DNA of 64,000 bases from Caecitellus pseudoparvulus (lineage: Eukaryota; Protista; Bigyra: Bicosoecida), in the NCBI GenBank assembly GCA_965644315.1, contig CBFFRQ010000014.1, positions 14,965 through 78,964 on the forward strand, read 5' to 3'. Made by a program: the position numbers and the translations under genes. The notes under the pieces were generated by a model. That model had not been told where the DNA came from. It saw only the letters and a program-made list of their open reading frames with translations, and ran no database searches. Positions 1 to 12,124 of the stretch are shown here, piece after piece; the first letter of the stretch is position 1; the number at the start of each line of letters is the position of its first letter.

Positions 1-2767
1 GGGCCTGGCCCTCAGTCTTCCCAGCCCACGGCCCCACCGCCAGCGGCGCGCCGTTGCCGGGAGCAGGCGCAGAGCCAGGCGCATCAGGATCTGCCTGGGA
101 CGCTTCAGGCCCCACGCCGGGGGTCGGCAGCAGCCTCTCCTCCTCTGAATCGTACCCTGTGTCGTGCAAGTCATGCCCCAGCACGGCACGCACTGCCCTG
201 CGCTGTGTAGGAAGCACACCTACTGTCGACGTGGCAGCTGTGCCGGGAGGTGCGGAAGTGGATGCGGCCGACGTGTCCGACGGCGCTCGCTCCACCGGGT
301 GCACCTCCACCGCACCGGGGGTGCCCTTCGGCACGGCACCAGGTGGCGCGAACAGCCCAGCTGCCTCCAAGCCTGGCGGAACAGCGAACATGCCCAGGGA
401 GCGAGCGTCCTCTGCACCCGCTGCAAGCCCAGTCACCACCTCTGCAGCCGCAGCAGCGCCAGCCTCACCAGCGCCGAAAGGCATGGCGTGCTGGCGGTTC
501 GCCAGGCGGGTCTTTCCCGACAGCAATGCGAGACCTGGCTCTGTGGGAGCCCCCCCGGCAGCCTCAGACAGGGCGGCGTGGCGCACTCCGAGGGCGCTGC
601 TGGAGGTGAACGCGTTCAGGTCGCGCTGGGTCACCTGCACAGACAGCGTCTTGGAAGTCTTGACGCTGGCTGGGGGCTTGCCGCCAGCTGCCGAAGCAGC
701 GGCTGGCACACTGCCTTTGCTGGGCAGGGGTGGGGACGGCGGTGGGATGGTCGTACCGTAGGGCCCTTTCCGCGGCAGCAGGCCCACGTAAGCCTTGCGC
801 AAGGAGGTGCGGAGGGACAGGGAGGCGATGACAGATCGCGCGATGCTGACAGCTTCCCCCATGGCTCTGCCAGCTTCGGCGTCCTCCTGAACTTGTGCGC
901 CACTGCCCACTGCCCGTTCAAGGGAGGGCATGCTGAAGGACGCCGCAGCCCTGAGCAAGGTGTGAATGGAAGGGGGCGACCGAGCCTTGGCTGGAAAGAC
1001 GCGTGCTGCGTTGAAAGTGCAGTGCGCCTCCAGCAGCCCGCCCGGCAGTCCCAGGCACTGCATGGCAGCTGCAGGCTGGCCGCAGAACTGGGACGTCGTG
1101 CGCTGTTCATGCAGCAAGTGCGCCAGCTGCCGTGCGCGGCGCCTTAGCTCTGGGTCTTTGCGGTGGTGCTGCTGCCCCTCCTCCACCAACGCCTGCATCT
1201 GCCTCACCAACTCGTGTGAAACGAGCTGCTGGCCACGCAGGGCCAGGGCAATGCGGGCCCCTCGTTCCTTGCGATGGCGGAGGGAGGGCGACGGTGCCAG
1301 CTGGCTCTGCCGCACCAGTCCTGCCACGCATGCCTTCAAACTGGCAAGATGACCCGGCTTGGGCTTGAGCGCTGTCCGGACACTCGCCCGTGCGGAACAC
1401 AGTGTCGACCAGGCAGCGTGCACCATTCGCTCTGCGCGCTTGGCAGACAACTGCGTGCCTGGCAGTTTGGGGGGTGAGCAAGGCAGCAGGCTGGCTGCTT
1501 GTTCCGCACTCAGCGCTCCGTCGCGCTGCAACAGGGTGCCAAACACGCCTGCTGGAAAGGCGTGCACGAGGCGGCCAGGCAGGTTCCGCTGAGCACAGAA
1601 CGTGGAAGGTTGCAGGTCTGTGCTGCGTTTCAACGCCGCCTGTGCACCTTGCTGGGTGAGCTCTCCCAGCCGTTTGCGCAGGCGCACGACTGCTCTGAGC
1701 CTGACACCTGCGGAGCACTGCAGGGCGCCGAGCCACTGCACAGTGCCTGAGCAGGTGGCAGGGGGGGCGATATCGGCGCTGACAGGGGCCTTGGTCTTGG
1801 TCACTGCCTTCTCCATGCTGGGCCCGGCAACCGGGGCAACCGGTGCTGGCGGGGGCAGGCATGAGACGTTAGGGAGGGGGGGGCGGGATGATGCCAGCTG
1901 GGCCCACAGCTGCTGCACCAGGCGAGGCAGCCACCCCTGGCCTGAAGGCGGCTGGGGCAGCGGCGAAATATGGTGGGGCTGGGACAGAGGCGGGTGCAGG
2001 AATGTCAGGGCTATGCCCGAGTCACTCGCGGTCCGCAGGGCGTCTTTGAGGATGAGGTTGGGGGGCGTGCTGGGGGCCGTCGAGGCCATGGGCCTCACGA
2101 GGCTCTTGCCGTTCACCATGACCAGCATGTCGCCCAGACTGGGGCACTGCCCCACAAAGCCTGCCTGGCTGGAGAGACCCACTACGATGGGCACCTGCAC
2201 CAACGAGGCCGTTGCCGGGTCGGGGCTCGCGCTGGAGGCCACGCTGCCGCCGCCAGTCACCATGGGCACCTGGATCAGCACAAGGTTCACCCCCAAGCAC
2301 GCCGACAGTGCGGGCAGGGCGTCGCTTTGGGGCGAAGTGGACAGGGGTGACAGCAGGCAACTGAGGGGTGGCCGGTCAAACACCCTGCCACGCACCACGA
2401 CGAGGGGCAGCTTGGAGTGCGGCTGTGCCTTGGAGGCCGCTGCGTAAATGGAGTGGGGACCGTGCACGCTGTTGAAGTACACCTGGCCACAGCCGACGAT
2501 CATGTCCCCTTCGTGCAGAGCCGGTGGCAAGCCTCGGTCGGAGGTGGGTGCTTTGAGCACAACCGCTCCAGTCTGAGAGCTAACTGCCAAAGGCAAGCCC
2601 AGCTTTTTGTTGGCATCACACGTGTGTTCCACGATACGCAGCCAGTCTGGCGGAAGCCACGCGTAGGGCAGGAAGGTCAGCCTGCCGTTCGCAATGGACG
2701 CCCAGATTTGCCTGCGGAAGTTGGCCTGCTCAGCCTCCCGCTCAGGTGGGGCGGAAGACATGGCCAT
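1..2767 (-). CDS. Uncharacterised protein with two N-terminal PDZ-like domains and a long low-complexity region; 3' end runs off the window
   Basis: A minus-strand frame starts at ATG 2767 (MAMSSAPPEREAEQANF). It appears open to the window edge: the segments I translated are stop-free and the track lists no ORF in that frame. Segments KKLGLPLAV...LHEGDMIVGCG...KLPLVVVRG and CLGVNLVL...PSLGDMLVMVNGKSL...IALTFL resemble PDZ folds. Confidence 0.6.
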   Translation of the reverse strand, partial: MAMSSAPPEREAEQANFRRQIWASIANGRLTFLPYAWLPPDWLRIVEHTCDANKKLGLPLAVSSQTGAVVLKAPTSDRGLPPALHEGDMIVGCGQVYFNSVHGPHSIYAAASKAQPHSKLPLVVVRGRVFDRPPLSCLLSPLSTSPQSDALPALSACLGVNLVLIQVPMVTGGGSVASSASPDPATASLVQVPIVVGLSSQAGFVGQCPSLGDMLVMVNGKSLVRPMASTAPSTPPNLILKDALRTASDSGIALTFLHPPLSQPHHISPLPQPPSGQGWLPRLVQQLWAQLASSRPPLPNVSCLPPPAPVAPVAGPSMEKAVTKTKAPVSADIAPPATCSGTVQWLGALQCSAGVRLRAVVRLRKRLGELTQQGAQAALKRSTDLQPSTFCAQRNLPGRLVHAFPAGVFGTLLQRDGALSAEQAASLLPCSPPKLPGTQLSAKRAERMVHAAWSTLCSARASVRTALKPKPGHLASLKACVAGLVRQSQLAPSPSLRHRKERGARIALALRGQQLVSHELVRQMQALVEEGQQHHRKDPELRRRARQLAHLLHEQRTTSQFCGQPAAAMQCLGLPGGLLEAHCTFNAARVFPAKARSPPSIHTLLRAAASFSMPSLERAVGSGAQVQEDAEAGRAMGEAVSIARSVIASLSLRTSLRKAYVGLLPRKGPYGTTIPPPSPPLPSKGSVPAAASAAGGKPPASVKTSKTLSVQVTQRDLNAFTSSSALGVRHAALSEAAGGAPTEPGLALLSGKTRLANRQHAMPFGAGEAGAAAAAEVVTGLAAGAEDARSLGMFAVPPGLEAAGLFAPPGAVPKGTPGAVEVHPVERAPSDTSAASTSAPPGTAATSTVGVLPTQRRAVRAVLGHDLHDTGYDSEEERLLPTPGVGPEASQADPDAPGSAPAPGNGAPLAVGPWAGKTEGQA

Positions 2768-3082
2768 ATGATCCCACAGGGCTCCTGTCGGGCACACTGA
2801 TCAAAGCTTGCAGCGCTCTTATTTCCTGTACGGCTGAATAGGTCCGCCTCAGTCCCATGCAGCAGCTCGCGAGCGCGCAGGCTTGAACCCTGGCTCGCTG
2901 CTGCTGCACCAAGGCGTGCGAACGCTACGCAGACGAGCGCCGCTAGGCTCCGTGGCAGGGCCAGCACACCCCGCACCAGGCCCAGGAGCATGCCGCTCTT
3001 TGGTAGCATGAATTTGCATTTGAATGTCACCAGTTGATTGCGCTCCGGCTTCCAAGCGCAAGTGGTGTCGAAAACCGCTAAA

Positions 3083-4837
3083 TCACCTGTCAGCGCTCTG
3101 CGCTTCGCGATTGACTGGCGCTGGGGGGGGAATCCGCATGGCTTCTGGGTAATAAAGCTGTGGGCTGTTGCGAAGCGCCCGTAGTTCATCCGGCCTGCAA
3201 ACGTGGCGGTCAAAAGGCGCGTGCCGCGGGGTGGCAGCACTACACGCGCCCACGTCAACACTCAGCGCATCGCATCGCGGCACATGCAGCACGCACTCAG
3301 TGGCAGCACGCATGGCGCCAACTTCAATGCGGCGGTATTCATCATCTCGCATGAGGGCCCGTTCAATTTGCCGCAAGCGTTTCATCAAGCGCTGCTCCAT
3401 TTGCTCGTCTGTGTGCATCTGCAATAGGGCAAGTTGCAACGGCGCGGTGTGTGGACGGAGGGCGGCGAGAGTGTTGAACAAGGCAACGCCGAGCATGACA
3501 CGCCATCGTCCTTGGCAGACGTACCTTGATGGGAAGCCACTCCCACCAGCCGTCGTCGTAGGAATCCACAGGCTGGGGCTGGAACGGGTGCGCAGCACCG
3601 CTGCTTGGGTCAAACGCGCCAAGCGCCCCTGGCTCTAGCGCCGCCAGTACTTCCTCCTCTGACACCTCCACCCCTGTTGCTTCAGCCATGGCAGCACGTG
3701 CACGGCGCTGCGCTGCCCTCTGCTCCTGCTCTATGATGCGAGCGTGGGCTGGTGCGCCTGCAGCTGCGGGATTTGTCAGCGGTGACTGCCTGCGCAGCTC
3801 TGCCCTGGTCGGCACATCTGACAAGTCGTCTGCACCGGACCCCCCCTCCCTGCGCGTGCCAGGTGTGTACCCCGACACTGCAGACGGCGACGCATGCACA
3901 ACCGGCGGTGACACACCGTAGGCCTCCAAATTCGCCTTGTTCGCCTGCAGCCACGCCACCCGAGCTGCCGCCGCCTCATCAGGCGTCATGTCATGGAAGG
4001 AGTCCTGGCTGGAGCGGAAGGGGGCCAGGACTGCGGCGGGGCTGACAGCAGAGGAGGCACTGCCTGCCTGGCCGCTCGGCCCGGCGGCCACTTGGGCCTC
4101 GGAGCCACGGGGGACAAGGTTGGGGCCGTGCTTGGCTTGCAGCTGGGCATCCTCCTCCCGAAGCGCCTTCTCCTTCAGCACAAACCGGCGGTATGCTTCC
4201 GTGCGCCCGGCCACGATGTCGTATGCTGACTGCGCGCAGTACGCAGCGCCACCCCACACCAGGGCTCCCTGCGCCCCACGCAACACGCTGCCTGTGAAAA
4301 GGGTCGTCAGCAAGCCCCCTGCCATGCTGCCTGACACGGCCGAGTTGAACTTTCCGTGCTCGCCGTGGTACGCTGTGAGTCCTTCCCGAAACGCTGCGCG
4401 TGTGGTCGACGGCATGCGTTTTACCAGCATAGTGCACGACGCACAGCGGCGCGCCTACTCACCGAAAAAGGTGCCACCGAATACCATGTAGTTCATGCCC
4501 ATGCTGACAGCGTAAAAGCCGACGTTCTGGCGCCGCATGGCAGCGATGGAGGCGCCGAAGGCCACACCAAAGCCAGCTGCAAGGAAGCATGGTAAACAAG
4601 GCAGTCAAGAAAGCTCAGAACGCCAATGCGCGGTGCCCAACAGGACGTACCAGCGTATAACGTGTTGCGTGCCGCGTGAGAGATACGATAGACCAGGTCT
4701 GTGGCCAAAGGAGGTGTCGGGTGGCGCCAGCGAACGCAGGCAGCATTTCGATTTCCGCTCTCACCTGGCCCGTCCTCGGCCATGAGCCCGCCCCCTGCGG
4801 CCTCCCGCCGGCGGGGATCTTCTGAGGATACTGCCAT
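3083..4837 (-). CDS. Tim17/Tim22/Tim23-family-like membrane protein, multi-exon
   Basis: Inferred introns 4699-4764, 4577-4650, 4394-4462, 3419-3524 and probably 3195-3296. The spliced product has Gly-rich TM helices (AAGFGVAFGASIAAMRRQNVGFYAVSMGMNYMVFGGTFFAFREGL...NSAVSGSMAGGLL...AQGALVWGG) and a C-terminal WLPIK|MHTDEQMEQRL helix. Confidence 0.65.
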
Positions 4838-5354
4838 ACTTGTTCTTCGAAGCGTCGGCACCCCCCACTCGCTAGCCCTTCAACCTGAGGCGTCCACAGG
4901 CCAGGTTGTGTGGCTTTGGCCTCGTCACTCGCTCAAGGCCACCAACCCAACCAGAGCTGGACTGCAGTGACACAAGCAAATGCTCGGTCAACAGTGCGGC
5001 GCGAAGGCGACATGTTCGTGGCTTGTGATTTGGCTGTGCCAGATGCTGCCTGCGCATTGATCCTGGCACTGCGTACCACGCCTGCGCGTGTTGGCACTTC
5101 GTGCACAGGCCTCAGCGGGCTGCCACAGCAGGGCTGGCACGCACACACTGCCAAACAATTCAATTCACTATCTCTACACATCGCCGGGCTGGCAGTCGTG
5201 CTCACTGTGATTGCAGCCTTGTGCTTAGCTCGCAAGTCTCGTTGGCGTGTCTGCACTTCCCTCATCCAAGCTCGCGAGAGCAGCTCGCTGACTCAGGCCC
5301 TTGCTTTGCAGCGCTGCCCAGTGTGCCCTTGCTTAGTAGTTGTTCCTTTGAGCC

Positions 5355-6607
5355 ATGGACCCCCAGCTTCTAGCACAACTGGCGGCCGTGCGTGCAGCGC
5401 TGCAGCATCCGACGGCGCTTGGCGTTGCGGTGATGAAACGCCACGCTAGCACACTCCCCCTCACCCTGCACCCCAGATGCAAGGCGGCGGGCAGATGCCT
5501 GGTGCAGGAGATCAGCCCATGTTGGACACTGCGGAGACTGTGTACATTTCTTCCCTTGCGCTGTTGAAGATGCTCAAGCACGGTGAGTTGCATGCTACTG
5601 ACTGGCTCGGCGAAACGCCGGGCGTGCGGCGGACCTACACGTCGTCACCTGCTGCCGCGGCTCAGGGCGGGCCGGCGTGCCCTTCGAGGTCATGGGCCTG
5701 ATGCTGGGTGACTTCGTGGATGAGTACACCGTGAAGGTGGTGGACGTCTTTGCCATGCCCCAACGAGGCACCAGCATGACGGTGGAGGCGGTGGACCCAG
5801 TGTTTCAGCAGCAGATGATGGAGATGCTGCGGCAGACAGGGCGCCCTGAGGCAGTGGTGGGGTGGTACCACTCCCACCCTGGCTGGGGTTGCTGGCTTTC
5901 TGGTGTGGACGTCAACACACAGCAGTCCTTCGAGCAGCTGAACGCGCGGTCGGTGGCGGTGGTGGTGGACCCTGTCATCTCCGTGAAGGGCAAGGTGGTC
6001 ATCGATGCCTTCCGGTGCATCCCTCGCCAGATGGCCATGATGGGCATCACGCCTCGCCAGACCACCTCCCTGCTGGGGCACCTGAAAAAGCCCACCATCC
6101 AGGCCCTCATGCACGGCCTGAACCGGCACTACTACAGCATGGTCATCTCCTTCCGCATGAATGCGCTGGAGACGAAGATGCTGAAGAACTTGAACAAGTG
6201 CGTGCAGCGCTGCGCACTGGCCCGGCCCACCCCTCACCGCGCCCGCGCCACCCCGCCCTGCCACAGGAAGAACTGGAAGGCTGGCCTGCACCTGGCGCCA
6301 TTTGAGGACATCGCAAAGAAAAATGCCCAGACGACTGAGCGCATGGTGGGGCTGGTGGAGGCATACGCGAAGCAGATTGAGGTGCGTGAGATGCTGGGTG
6401 CCATTGCGTTGGCCTGCACCTGCTCACTCCGAGTCCCGTTTCCCTCCTTGGCCGCAGGATGAGGCTGGCAAGAGCACCAAGCAGCTGGCTGTGGAGAGGG
6501 CAGGCCAGACAGACAGCAAGAAGCAGCTGACCGCTGCAGCGGAGAGCTTGATGGTGGGTAGCATTGTGCAGACGCTGGGCATGATGATGGACGCAGTGGT
6601 TTTCTGA
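5355..6607 (+). CDS. RPN11: 26S proteasome lid deubiquitinase Rpn11/PSMD14 (JAMM)
   Basis: Motifs [34 protein letters not shown] and the JAMM motif [17 protein letters not shown]. Introns 5388-5476, 5583-5665, 6198-6266 and 6382-6457. Confidence 0.97.
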
Positions 6608-6636
6608 GGTGCCATGGGAAAGGGGGGGGGGATGCC

Positions 6637-6644
6637 AATGCATT
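6637..6644. promoter_or_regulatory. Palindromic AATGCATT: candidate bidirectional polyadenylation signal shared by convergent RPN11 and the zinc-finger gene
   Basis: Reads AATGCA on both strands, about 30 nt after each stop codon. The same hexamer recurs after most genes in the window. Confidence 0.55.
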
Positions 6645-6675
6645 GTTTGAGAAAGCACACGCGCAACCCAGGCGC

Positions 6676-7789
<1,114 letters not shown>

Positions 7790-7936
7790 GGTTGCAGTGG
7801 CTGTTGTGGGCGGACGCGAGGGGGCCACGCCGTCACGGGGGCGGAAGAGACTGCAAGGCTGTGCTGCCTCGTGGGCAGTCGTGCAGGCCCAGCAAGATGG
7901 AGGGGTTTGGATTGTGCCTGCGCCTGGCGTTGGCGC

Positions 7937-10372
7937 TCACAGCCGAAGCAGGCGCCGCACCTGGCTCTGCTGCATCTGGGCCTGCACGTCTGGGGCTGGG
8001 ACGATGTCTTGTACTTCTGCACTGCGCCCATTCTTGTTCAGGTGTTCTTCAAGGGCCTCCCGCTCATACACAGGCCCGCTGCCGCCTTCCGCCTTCAACC
8101 GCACTGGCACCTCCAAGTGCAACCCAGTCAACGCACATGTAAAGCCTGCCTGAGGCGGCTCCTCGGGTGCGCTGTGCCCAGAGGCCAGCCCTGGCAACTT
8201 CGCCTTCTGCAAGGGGCTGCTAGACGGCGCATGGCGTGTGCGGCGCAGAGCCCGAGACAAGGGGCGCACGTGGTGCGGGGCACGGGCCAGCCCTATAGCT
8301 CGCGGGGCTGCTGCAGCTGCTGCAGGCACCGACTGGCGCACCGGGGCGCCTTGGGCGGCAGGGGATGAAAGAACAGGTGTCAACGGAGCGGGCTGTGGCA
8401 CTGATAGCGGGGGCTGCCCCGCGCGCTCGTCGTCCGCCTCCGCTTCCTCTGCGAATTCCGGCACGAGCCGGACTGCGGACAGGCCTGCAGCCGGCGCGCC
8501 TCCTGAGAAGCGCTGCAGGACGGATGTGGCTGTCAACGCAGCCACCTTCCCTCCTGATGGGCTGGGGAAGGCGTCTGGGTCATCACTGGGCGGTGCTGCG
8601 TCGGCAGCTGTCTCAGAGTCTTGCCCGCTGCCGAGCAAGCTCGTGGGAACCTCAACCGGCGGCTGCAGCGCACTGGCGCCAGCCCCGATCGTCGGAGCAT
8701 GTTCTGATATTTCAAAGGAGAATTTCATGTGCTCAAAGGTGGTGTTACCCCCCATGGCCACAGGCTCTGCCGCTGACGCGCTGAGCAGGCGGTGCGAGAA
8801 CACCTTGCGCTGCTCGGGTGACAGCGCTGTCAACGCCCCACGCACAGCCTGCACGGTGCTGGAAACCTGCTGGCCGTCACTGGCACCCAGCGCATCGCAG
8901 TTCACGAGGAGCTTCACTGCCAGTGCGAGGGACAGCGGGTGCCCTTGTACAGCAGCATTGGCGGAAAACGCCGTGGGGACGCCGGACCGGATCGCGCACT
9001 CCCGTGCGGGGCCAGAGCGGAACGTGCACCACACCGCCAGGGCTGCCGCTTGGCGCAGGGCCATCAAGCCTTCTTCCAGCACTTCCTGTGCCAGCACAGC
9101 TTCCTCGGCGCCGCCGTCTTTGTGAGAAACCGACCAATCAAGCCAGGCTAGCAGAAGCTGCAGATACGGCACAATGACTTTCGGGAAGAAAGCTGAATCG
9201 CCCACGAGGTGCGACCTGAACTTGTGTGTGTGACTGGCGGTGACGCTGAGGATGTTGTTGCAGAGGGTCACAGCACACAGCGTGCTGAGGTGCGCAGGCT
9301 CCGCCCAATCTTCCGCGCCCGCCGAGAATGCGCCGAAGCGCTGCAGGCTGTCCAGGGCCTGGTGCAGCCACACCCCACTCAGCCCAGCCACACGCACAAG
9401 GACACGAGTGCGCAAGATAGACGCCACCAAAGCCGACATGCCCTTCGCATACCCAGCTGCGAGGGTTTCGAGAGAAGCATCACTGCCAGGTGGCAGCAGC
9501 GCTTCGGGGGATGTGAAATCACACAGCACGATGATGGCTGCCGTCTGGGCATCACCGCCCACTCGGACGTCGTCAGACCACACCGTGCCTGCCTTCAACG
9601 CAGCAGCTGCGCCGGCCGAGTGACTCGGCGAAACGCTGCCGGGATCCTGCAGCACAGCTGCCGTGATGTCCACTGCGCGGGCAATGCTCTGCCCTGTCAA
9701 GCTGAGGAGATCTCGACCCTGTGCAGGGCAAGGCAGTCGTGAACACTCGCCAGCTGCATGCGGGGCTGAGGACGCAGCAACTGCCGGAAAGCGGCAGTCA
9801 TGCACTGCCACGCACATGCACGCCGGTGTCCGTGCTGAGATGGTTCAGCAGAGTGAACATGGCCACGTGTAGCGGGGCAGCTGCCGTTGCATCCAGGGTT
9901 GAGATGCTCTTGAAAAAAGCCTCAAACCTGCGTGGCAGTGGCAGTGCGGGACACCTGCGCAACGCCAGAGGCAGCGCCAGAGGCAGCGCCAGCCACACAC
10001 CCCTCGTTGACCCGCCCCAGAGCATGGGTGATGACTGGCCGGTTCGCCTCATGCTTGGCAGCTAGAGAGGCCAAGATGGACAGCCCGATCTGTGCAAGGC
10101 GCGGCACAGGCGACGCAGGGCGTGTGCGTGTGTTGGCAGGTGGCCGCGACGTTGCCAGGCGCACACACCGCTCGGTGCTCCAGCTCGTGCTCCAGCCCTG
10201 CAGTCTCCAACAGCGCATGCATGGCGACATCTACTACTTTGCTGGCAATGCCCAGGTCTTTCTCAGGGAGCGGCACGTCATCTGTCCGTGCTGCGCGGAG
10301 CAGGCGCCGCAGCACCTTCAGACTCTCCACACCTCCCTGGCAAGCTGCCACCGCATCATCCAAGGAAGACAT
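7937..10372 (-). CDS. Helical-repeat (ARM-like) protein with a C-terminal U-box-like domain, putative E3 ligase; multi-exon 5' part
   Basis: The C-terminus FTCALTGLHLEVPVRL...GPVYEREALEEHL...DIVPAPDVQAQM matches the U-box pattern. ATG 10372 (MSSLDDAVAAC) is followed by several GT-AG introns whose exact boundaries are uncertain. Confidence 0.6.
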
Positions 10373-10672
10373 CCCGTGCGAAGCTTGAAGTTAAGCTACT
10401 TTATACTGGGGTTCTATGGCGTGCTACCGCGCCTAAACCCCAGTGCACTTCCCCTGCACCACTTGGGAGCTGCGCGGCGTGGTGCAGCAATTTCCGCAGC
10501 AACCTGTGTCAGCCTCGGAAGCCGACGGGACTGCCAACCTGGCGCCAAGAACGTGCCGTCACAATCTGCACAACTACTTCATTAGCCCACTATGCCTCGC
10601 ATTCGATTGTGCCCGGCCTCGTCCCCCGCTGCGTGCCCCCCTGCCGCTTGCTTCCTCACCTGTGTGTCAACC

Positions 10673-12082
10673 ATGCTTTCATCAGCCGCTGCCGCTCTGC
10701 GCACCGCTGCCGCCTCTGCCCGCTCTGTGAGTGCAGGTTGGGGTTGCTATACACGCATCAGCGCTGTGCGACTCCCCCACGCACTGCTTTCCCCGCGCAG
10801 ATGAGCACTGCAGCAGGCAAGGTGAGCGTGCATTCCGCACGATCCGAAACCCCGCACAACGCAATACGCCTGCACTGCCCCCCGCCCCTCTGCGCTGTGA
10901 ACCCCACTGCAGGACGTCGTCATTGTCGCTGCCAAGCGCACGCCCATCGGTGCATTCGGCGGTGCCCTGTCTAGCTTGACTGCGCCGCAGCTGGGCAGCC
11001 ACGTCATCAAGGCTGCAGTGGACGCGTCTGGCCTGTCCAGCGGCGACGTGGATGAGGTGTTCATGGGCAACGTCGTGTCGGCGGGCATCGGGCAGGCACC
11101 CACTCGGCAGGCTGCTCTGGGCGCAGGCCTGCCCAACACCGTGCCCTGCACCACTGTGAACAAGGTCTGTGCCAGTGGCATGAAGGCGCTGATGTTCGCC
11201 TCAGCCTCCATCGCGACGGGGCACCAGGACGTCATTGTGGCAGGCGGCATGGAGAGCATGTCCAACGTGCCGTATTACGTCCCCAAGGCTCGCACCGGGT
11301 ACCGTTACGGGCACGGCGCCCTGGAGGACGGCCTGTTGAAGGATGGCCTGTGGGACGTGTACAACGACCAGCACATGGGCATGTGTGGTGAGAAGTGTGC
11401 GAAGGATCACTCCTTCGACAGGGCTTCTCAGGACGCGTACACCAAGGCTTCGTACACCCGCGCCATCGAGGCAGCCAAGGCCGGCAAGTTCGCTGACGAA
11501 ATCGCACCCATGGAGGTGAAGGGGCGCAAGGGTGTGACGGTAGTGGACGCGGACGAGGAGTACGGCCGGGTGGACTTCGACAAAATCGAATCCCTGCGCC
11601 CTGCATTCATCAAGGACGGCACCATCACCGCCGCAAATGCGTCACCCCTCAGTGACGGTGCGTCCGCCCTCGTGCTTATGAGCGCAGAGGCGGCCAAGGC
11701 AAAGGGTCTCACGCCACTCGCACGAGTGCGCGGGTACGGCGACGCTGCCGGGGAGCCCCAAGACTTCACCACTGCCCCTGCGCTGGCCATGCCCGTTGCC
11801 CTGCGCCACGCTGGTCTGCAGGTCAGCGACGTGGATTTCTTCGAGTGCAACGAGGCGTTCGCGGTCGTTTCCCAGTACAACATGCAGAAGCTGGGCATCG
11901 CTCACGATGCCATGAACGTGAACGGCGGTGCTGTGTCCATGGGGCACCCCATCGGCTCCTCTGGCTCCCGCATCGTCGTGACGCTCCTGAATGTGCTGAA
12001 GCAGCGGGATGCCACCATTGGCGGCGCCATGATCTGCAACGGCGGCGGCGGCGCCTCTGCCTTTGTCGTGGAGCGCTTGTAA
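10673..12082 (+). CDS. ACAT1: Acetyl-CoA acetyltransferase (thiolase II), mitochondrial-targeted
   Basis: Thiolase motifs NKVCASG, NEAF, GHPIGSSG and CNGGGGA. Exon 1 MLSSAAAALRTAAASARS resembles a presequence. Introns 10727-10800 and 10822-10912 flank a 21-nt microexon. Confidence 0.95.
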
Positions 12083-12124
12083 ATGCAGCTCGTCCCATGC
12101 ACCGCAGGCGGCGGCGCAAGTGGG

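Noticed and set aside
54-2447. Long plus-strand ORFs here, and many other long antisense ORFs (e.g. 26298-28235, 45890-47062, 50717-51769, 56523-57926), as overlapping genes
   Set aside because: They are shadows of real genes on the opposite strand. High GC content suppresses stop codons, and they contain no domain motifs.
9964-9990. Short tandem repeat GCCAGAGGCAGC in the U-box gene intron
   Set aside because: About 2.4 copies of a 12-mer, consistent with ordinary slippage and without further structure.
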